From: Gemmatimonadota bacterium
Lineage (GTDB): Bacteria; Gemmatimonadota; Gemmatimonadetes; Palauibacterales; KS3-K002
Direction of reading: 5' to 3'
Length of the DNA stretch: 19,759 nucleotides
NCBI GenBank assembly: GCA_020344215.1
Contig: CP070815.1
Coordinates: 1,064,713 to 1,084,471, forward strand
Of the stretch, positions 14,809-19,759 are shown piece by piece. Position numbers and translations under genes: made by a program. Below the pieces are notes generated by a model that made no database searches, was not told the DNA's origin, and worked only from the letters and a program-made list of their open reading frames with translations. Every line of letters begins with the position of its first letter. The stretch's first letter is position 1.

Positions 14809-16356
14809 CTAGTCCTGGCCCAGTTCCCCCACGGCCTTCACTCGGATACGCGTCGCGTTGCCCGGGAGGTAGGTGAGCGGCACCTCTTCTACCTCGACAA
14901 CCTCCACGCGCCCGGGCTGCGCGCCCGCCTCGGTGGCCCGGGCGACCGCCTCCTGCTTGGCCGCGGCCAGCGCCTCCAGACGGCCCACCCGCTCCAGCGA
15001 GTAGACCTTCTCGACCTCGCCACCCACCTGGGCGATGGCCGCCCCGATGGCGTTCGCCACCTCGGCGTGCTCCGGCCGCACGACCTCCGAGGCGCCGGCC
15101 AGGCGATCACCCAGGAGTAGGCTCCCGCCGCCCACCAGCACCAGCGGCAGCGGCTCGGCGCTGAGCTTGACCCGGTCCACAGCCTCCTCCACGCGCCGCC
15201 GCACCTCGGCGAGCCCCCGCTCCACCAGGTCGGGGTCCAGGGCTCGGGCGCGCGCCGGCTCGCCGATCAGCGCCCGGCCGGCGGCGACCGCCAGGTCAGT
15301 GGCTGTCAGCGTCGCGCCCCCGAAGACGATCGCCTCGTCGGTGATCCGCGCGCCCACGCTGGACGGACCGATCGCCAGCGGGTCGCGGCGGACGATCGAA
15401 CCGCCGCCCAGCGCGATCGAGATGAGGTCGGGCATCCGGAAGTTGGTGCGCACTTCGGCGAGCTTGACCGCCGTCGACGCCGCGCGCGGGAAGCCCTGAA
15501 CCAGGATCCCCACGTCGGTGCTCGTGCCGCCGACGTCGACGACCACGGCGTTCTCGATACCGGCGAGAAAGGCCGCCCCCCGCATCGAGTTCGTCGGCCC
15601 GGAGGACATGGCGAGCACCGGGTAACGGGCCGCGTACTCGGCGTCCATCAGCGTCCCGTCGTTCTGGCTGAAGAAGACCGGCACCGCGAGCCCCATGTCC
15701 GCCAGCGCGCCGCGGATCGCCTCGACCGTCCGAGCGGCGATCCGGCTGAGCGCGGCGTTCAGCGCCGCCGCGTTCTCCCGCTCCAGCAGGCCGATTCGGC
15801 CGATCTCCGACGACAGGGTGACGGGGATGTCCGGCCACTCCTGCCGGATGAGCTCGGCGGCCCGCGACTCGTGGGCCGGGTTAACCGGGGAGAAGACACC
15901 GGAAAGGGCGACCGTTTCGACCCCGTTCGCCAGCGCGTCGCGCAGGGCGTCGCGTACGGCGTCGTCATCGAAGCTCGAGATCTCCCGGCCGTCGAACTCG
16001 TGGCCGCCGGGGAGCAGGCGGAGATGGCCGCCCAACGCTGCACGCAGCTCGTCGGGCCAGTCGCAGAACGGCGGGAGCAGGCGCGTGGACGGGCCACAGA
16101 GTCGAAGGACCGCGGTGCGCGCGAGACCCCGGCCCTCCAGGAGGGCGTTCATGAAGTGGGTCGTCCCCAGCATCACCGCCTGGATGCCCTTCTGCAGAGG
16201 CTGCCCCTCACCCCCCGCAAGCACCCCTTCCAGCGCGCGAACGACGCCGGTCGTCACGTCCGGCGTCGTCGCGGTCTTCTCTTTACTCACCACCCGCCGC
16301 CCTGCCATGAGCACCGCGTCGGTGTTCGTGCCGCCAACATCGACGCCGACCCGCAT
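14809..16356 (-). CDS. Hydantoinase/oxoprolinase family protein, hydantoinase-A-like (about 515 aa)
   Basis: The N-terminus MRVGVDVGGTNTDAVLMAG...KTATTPDVTTGV is the Hydant_A_N ATPase signature. A second DVGGTSTDVGIL motif lies mid-protein, giving the acetate/sugar-kinase-like fold of hydantoinase A. Preferred start is the ATG at 16354-16356 with GGAGAG upstream. An alternative GTG at 16393-16395 would overlap the upstream gene's stop as GTGA (the tool's ORF is 14809-16395). Confidence 0.88.
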   Translation of the reverse strand: MRVGVDVGGTNTDAVLMAGRRVVSKEKTATTPDVTTGVVRALEGVLAGGEGQPLQKGIQAVMLGTTHFMNALLEGRGLARTAVLRLCGPSTRLLPPFCDWPDELRAALGGHLRLLPGGHEFDGREISSFDDDAVRDALRDALANGVETVALSGVFSPVNPAHESRAAELIRQEWPDIPVTLSSEIGRIGLLERENAAALNAALSRIAARTVEAIRGALADMGLAVPVFFSQNDGTLMDAEYAARYPVLAMSSGPTNSMRGAAFLAGIENAVVVDVGGTSTDVGILVQGFPRAASTAVKLAEVRTNFRMPDLISIALGGGSIVRRDPLAIGPSSVGARITDEAIVFGGATLTATDLAVAAGRALIGEPARARALDPDLVERGLAEVRRRVEEAVDRVKLSAEPLPLVLVGGGSLLLGDRLAGASEVVRPEHAEVANAIGAAIAQVGGEVEKVYSLERVGRLEALAAAKQEAVARATEAGAQPGRVEVVEVEEVPLTYLPGNATRIRVKAVGELGQD

Positions 16357-16391
16357 GGCGCTCGCGCTCTCCTGAACTTGGGCGTCCTGGG

Positions 16392-17474
16392 TCACGGCGT
16401 CGCTCGCGGCTCGAGCGGCACGTAGGCCGCTTCGTAGCCGAACGCCTCCGGCCCCACCACCGCCAGCGCCTCCGGCGTCTTCAACAGCGGCGGCGCTGGA
16501 AAGCCCAGAACGCTCACCCGGAAACCGTAGCGCAGCAGCTCGGTGGTGATCGGCTCGCCGCGTTCCGCATCGACGATGCAGATCAGGTCCGGTACGGTGA
16601 CGATGAGCGCGCCATCCCTGTGCGCTACCAGGTTCTCGTTCTGGAAATCCACGACCAATTGTGCGCCCGCGTCGTCGCCCATCCCGTCGATCGTCACTCG
16701 TCCCCGCGCGAACCCCTCGGTCGTGCGGCGCTCGACATCGACGATCTTCCCCTGAAAGAGTACGCGACCCGGTACCGTCGTCAGGATCGCCTCGACAGGG
16801 TCACCCTTCTCGCGCTGGGCCCGGCGGACCGCCTCACCCAGCGACTTCGCCAGCGAGAGCGTGCCGGGGATCGCCGTGCGGCGGACGTCCGCGGCGGACA
16901 TGGGCGCGAAGGCGAAGACGGGTGCGCAGCCCATCACGATGGTCACGGCCCGGGCCATCCGCTCGACCCAGGTCGGGCTCACGGCGTCCTCGATGATGGC
17001 CGTGTTCCCCTTCTCGTCGCAGACCGCGCTCGGTGTGGGCGGGATCCCGTAGATGAAGAAGGTGGTCATCTGGAGCTCCGGGAAGGCGCGGCCCATCCCA
17101 TCGCCGTCCACCACCGGCAGGCGGGCCAGCGCTGCGGGGATGAGAGGCTCCAGCGAGTTGCTGCCGCCGATCTCACCCGATATGAGCGCGGTCGCCCGTT
17201 CGCCCGTGTGCTTCTCGATCGCCCGGACCGCCCGGTAGGACTCGGTGCCACGGACCTTCTCGACGCCGACCGTCGGCGCGCCCATCCCGCCGACGCAGAT
17301 AACCCGGCTGTCGTCGGGCAGCTCGTCGAGGTCCAGGACGTCGACCGGGCCGTGCTCTCGAACCAGCTCCCGGGCCCGCAGCATCCCGATATACGGGTTG
17401 CCGCCGCCGCCGGTCCCCAGGATCCCGGCGCCGATGCTGATCGATACCAGCGCGTCCTCGTCGATCTGCCACAT
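16392..17474 (-). CDS. DUF917-like protein (360 aa), the family that typically partners hydantoinase-family genes. The family assignment is tentative.
   Basis: MWQIDEDALVSISIGAGILGTGGGGNPYIGMLRARELVREHGPVDVLDLDELPDD... The Gly-rich GTGGGGNPY motif near the N-terminus and the length fit my recollection of DUF917. ATG at 17472-17474. Immediately upstream of, and co-oriented with, the hydantoinase-family gene. Confidence 0.7.
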   Translation of the reverse strand: MWQIDEDALVSISIGAGILGTGGGGNPYIGMLRARELVREHGPVDVLDLDELPDDSRVICVGGMGAPTVGVEKVRGTESYRAVRAIEKHTGERATALISGEIGGSNSLEPLIPAALARLPVVDGDGMGRAFPELQMTTFFIYGIPPTPSAVCDEKGNTAIIEDAVSPTWVERMARAVTIVMGCAPVFAFAPMSAADVRRTAIPGTLSLAKSLGEAVRRAQREKGDPVEAILTTVPGRVLFQGKIVDVERRTTEGFARGRVTIDGMGDDAGAQLVVDFQNENLVAHRDGALIVTVPDLICIVDAERGEPITTELLRYGFRVSVLGFPAPPLLKTPEALAVVGPEAFGYEAAYVPLEPRATP

Positions 17475-17908
17475 GGTGAGCTCTCAGCCGGTGTTAACCG
17501 CTTCGTGATGGTGGCGGTCGTCCGAGCTCGGCCACACACGACGCTGCCATGGCGTCAGGATGCGGAGCCGGGGATGTCCCCGCAACCGACTGCCTGGCGC
17601 GCAAAGATGCTTGAGCGGGAGGCGAAGGGCGCGCGCCGCCGGCCAATTGTGCAGACTTCCGAGCCTTTGGCGATGGCAAAGCCCGGCAGCGCGCCTGAAT
17701 GGGTTCAGTCGGTCACCTCCCTCTCTCGTCTGTTGTGTCAATGCGCGTAGCTATAGCACTGGTTACAATCGAGTGAAGACGCAGCATCCTAGGAATGAGG
17801 CTCGAATGGAAGCTTGCGCGGCCGTGCCCGCGTGACATCTTAGCCGGAACTGGATACTCCGTTGGTGGCCTCGCGGCCTCCGCTGCCGCCGCCAGGTTCC
17901 CTCGCTTC

Positions 17909-18535
17909 TTAGCTCCCCGCAGATTGCCGAAGCTCCACTGCGCGCCGCACGGCCTTGAAGATGTGGTCGTAGGTGCCACAGCGGCACAGGTTCCCGCTCA
18001 TCCCGTCTTGAATCTCCTCGAGGCCGGGATCCGGGCTCCCTCTCAACAGCCCTTCAGCGGCCACCACTTGACCCGGAGTGCAGTAACCACACTGGAAGGC
18101 GTCTTCGTCGACGAACGCCTGCTGTACCGGCCCCAGCTCCTCTCCATTCATCAGCCCCTCTACGGTCGTCACTTCAAGCCCTTCGGCTTCCAGGGCCAGC
18201 GTCATACAGGAGTACCGCGGGAGCCCATCGATCAACACGGTGCAGGCGCCACATTCGCCGCGCCCGCAACCCAGTTTCGTACCGGTCAAGCCCAACCGGT
18301 CGCGCAGCACGTCGAGCAGCGTCCAGCGTGGCTCGACCCGCAGCTGCTGGGGCCGACCGTTGATGAGCAGCGTGACGGGAGCGAGTCCGTCGGCCTGCGG
18401 GGCTGCCGCCTCCGATGCCGGCGCAGCCGGGCCAACCAGCGCAGCCCCCAGCGTCCCGGCTCCAACGGTGCCCAGAAACTCGCGGCGGCTCACGCCTGAG
18501 CTCGAAGGTTGCCTGTTATCTCTATGTTCAGCCAT
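17909..18535 (-). CDS. Xanthine-dehydrogenase-family small subunit with two [2Fe-2S] clusters and a twin-arginine (Tat) signal, PaoA-like (208 aa)
   Basis: Tat motif SRREFLGTVGAGTLGAAL. Plant-ferredoxin-like motif GCGRGECGACTV and a second-cluster motif FQCGYCTPGQ...SGNLCRCGTY. The translation aligns along its length with E. coli PaoA by eye. Strong SD (GGAGGAAcgATG on the minus strand). Confidence 0.95.
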   Translation of the reverse strand: MAEHRDNRQPSSSGVSRREFLGTVGAGTLGAALVGPAAPASEAAAPQADGLAPVTLLINGRPQQLRVEPRWTLLDVLRDRLGLTGTKLGCGRGECGACTVLIDGLPRYSCMTLALEAEGLEVTTVEGLMNGEELGPVQQAFVDEDAFQCGYCTPGQVVAAEGLLRGSPDPGLEEIQDGMSGNLCRCGTYDHIFKAVRRAVELRQSAGS

Positions 18536-18568
18536 CGTTCCTCCAGCGTGGCGATGTGTCGTCGCTTT

Positions 18569-19546
18569 CTATTGAAGCGCCAGCGTCTGCAGCGTCTCTT
18601 CCGTCAGCCCACGCACGAGTTCCACCTTGTAGCCGTTACGTGTCATCGGCTGCGCGCCTGTAACGGTGGCAGCAGCTGCGCGAGAAATGGTCTCGGCATC
18701 CAGGCGACCTCCGGTGAGCAGTTCCTCGGCATCGACCGCTCGCCACGGAATCGGTGCGACTCCGGAGAGCACCACGCGTGCCCCCTCGACGCGATCGTCG
18801 GCTCCGCTCAGCGCCACAGCGACACCCGCCAGCGCGAAAGCCCAAGCTCCCCGAGCGCGCACCTTTCGGTAGGTGCTGCGCTGACCGGCCGCGGGTGGCG
18901 GAAGCAGAACCTCGGTGAGCAGCTCACCGGGTTGGAGAACCGTCTCGCTCCGCACGTCCTCGCTGGGCAGAACGAAGAGGGACTCCATTGGCAGAAGCCG
19001 TGTTCCACTCGGTGATGCCAGGCGGACGCGGGCGTCCAGCGCGACGAGCGCTGGAGCTGTGTCGGAGGGGTGTACGATATAGCAACGGTCCCCTCCGAAG
19101 ATGCAGTGATACTGGTTCTCGCCGGCGATGGCGTAGCAGATCGCGCCGCCCTTGCGCAAACAGTGGAAGTCGCTGCGGAAATACCAGCAGCGCGGCCGCT
19201 GACACAAGTTGCCGCCCAGTGAGCCCTGGCTGCGCAGCTGGGGACTGGCAGCCGACGCAGCTCCCTGTGCCAGGGCGGCGTAGCGTTCGGTGATGAGCGG
19301 GTGGGCGGCGATCTCGGCGAGCGTCGTGAGCGCGCCGATGCGCAGGCCGCCGTCGCGGGTCGGGCTGATCCCGCGTAGCTCCTCCAGTCCACTCATCGCC
19401 ACGACTCTTTCGGCGGGAAACACCCCATCCCGCAGACAGCCCAGCAAGTCAGTGCCCCCGGCATGCAGAACGGCACCGTCGGAACGGGAGTGCTCCAACG
19501 CTTCGCTGAGCGAACTTGGACGAACGTAGGTGAACTTAGGCAGCAT
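18569..19546 (-). CDS. Xanthine-dehydrogenase-family FAD-binding medium subunit with an extra Cys cluster motif (a [4Fe-4S]-type site as in PaoB), 325 aa
   Basis: FAD-binding fold (HAGGTDLLGCLRDGV, GGLRIGALTTLAEI). Cys-rich insert GGNLCQRPRCWYFRSDFHCLRKGGAICYA resembles the PaoB 4Fe-4S site. Ends ...TYRKVRARGAWAFALAGVAVAL... like the CoxM/PaoB C-domains. Strong SD (GAGGAGGGGaatgaaccATG on the minus strand) overlapping the upstream gene's end. Confidence 0.93.
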   Translation of the reverse strand: MLPKFTYVRPSSLSEALEHSRSDGAVLHAGGTDLLGCLRDGVFPAERVVAMSGLEELRGISPTRDGGLRIGALTTLAEIAAHPLITERYAALAQGAASAASPQLRSQGSLGGNLCQRPRCWYFRSDFHCLRKGGAICYAIAGENQYHCIFGGDRCYIVHPSDTAPALVALDARVRLASPSGTRLLPMESLFVLPSEDVRSETVLQPGELLTEVLLPPPAAGQRSTYRKVRARGAWAFALAGVAVALSGADDRVEGARVVLSGVAPIPWRAVDAEELLTGGRLDAETISRAAAATVTGAQPMTRNGYKVELVRGLTEETLQTLALQ

Positions 19547-19549
19547 GGT

Positions 19550-19759
19550 TCATTCCCCTCCTCTGCTCTCGGCCAGCAGCTGGAGCATCTGCTCAGGAGT
19601 GATGGGGGCATTCGTGACGCGAACACCGGTGGCGTGGTAGACCGCATTGGCGATCGCCGGGGCGGTCGGAATGGTGGCGGGCTCGCCGAGCCCCTTGGCC
19701 CCGGTCGTGTTGCACTCGGTGTCGTTGGGATCTATCGGCACACAGGTCTGATCGAGCGG
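19550..19759 (-). CDS. Molybdopterin-binding large subunit of the same oxidoreductase (PaoC/XdhA-like), C-terminal 69 codons only. The gene continues past the window end.
   Basis: The minus-strand frame is open to the window edge (...PLDQTCVPIDPNDTECNTTGAKGLGEPATIPTAPAIANAVYHATGVRVTNAPITPEQMLQLL...). This is the conserved C-terminal motif of Moco subunits (GAKGxGE...PAIANAxxxATGVR...P). TGA stop at 19550-19552, 3 nt before the next gene's ATG. Confidence 0.85.
   Translation of the reverse strand, partial: PLDQTCVPIDPNDTECNTTGAKGLGEPATIPTAPAIANAVYHATGVRVTNAPITPEQMLQLLAESRGGE

Noticed and set aside
14795-14823. Hairpin CTGGGC-14 nt-GCCCAG spanning both stop codons of the convergent lipoprotein and hydantoinase genes, as a possible bidirectional terminator
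   Set aside because: Only a 6-bp stem with a long loop and no U or A tracts on either side. Too weak to call.
16620-17750. 376-aa plus-strand ORF overlapping the DUF917 gene
   Set aside because: Antisense shadow ORF (Arg/Pro/Asp-rich). The minus-strand product has the conserved Gly-rich N-terminal motif and operon context.
1-19759. Scan for CRISPR arrays, tRNA or rRNA genes, IS-element terminal inverted repeats, integrase or transposase ORFs
   Set aside because: No spaced direct-repeat arrays, cloverleaf-like tRNA candidates, transposase-like translations or long terminal inverted repeats were seen. The only substantial repeat is the intragenic 456-bp duplication.

Overview
High-GC (~68-70% by eye) bacterial chromosomal window that is densely coding. 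There are no rRNA, tRNA, CRISPR, transposase or integrase signatures. Several PadR-linked orphan duplicated-FtsX (ADOP-type) permeases suggest an Acidobacteria or Gemmatimonadota-like genome. Gene order: (1) 3' end of one ADOP permease, convergent with a complete 906-aa ADOP permease that is coupled by an 8-nt overlap to a PadR regulator. (2) A secreted protein made of a recent 456-bp intragenic tandem duplication. (3) A 480-bp divergent control region carrying a near-consensus promoter with a 12-bp palindrome on its -10 element. This drives a YtrA-type GntR regulator, a polytopic SPFH/stomatin protein and a 523-aa lipoprotein. (4) A compositionally distinct block, lower in GC with more A/T-ending codons, at about 9.0-14.8 kb. 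It encodes a TonB-dependent-receptor-like outer-membrane protein, an ECF sigma factor, an overlapping zinc-finger (ZAS) anti-sigma factor, a small outer-membrane beta-barrel and a lipoprotein whose ribosome-binding site lies inside a 10-bp perfect inverted repeat. (5) A translationally coupled DUF917-like plus hydantoinase/oxoprolinase-family pair. (6) A PaoABC-like periplasmic molybdo-flavo-iron-sulfur oxidoreductase operon: Moco subunit C-terminus, FAD/4Fe-4S subunit, Tat-signal 2Fe-2S subunit. The best candidates for undescribed systems are the YtrA-SPFH-lipoprotein operon and the receptor/ECF-sigma/ZAS anti-sigma/beta-barrel/lipoprotein island. All product calls come from reading the translations by eye, with no database searches.
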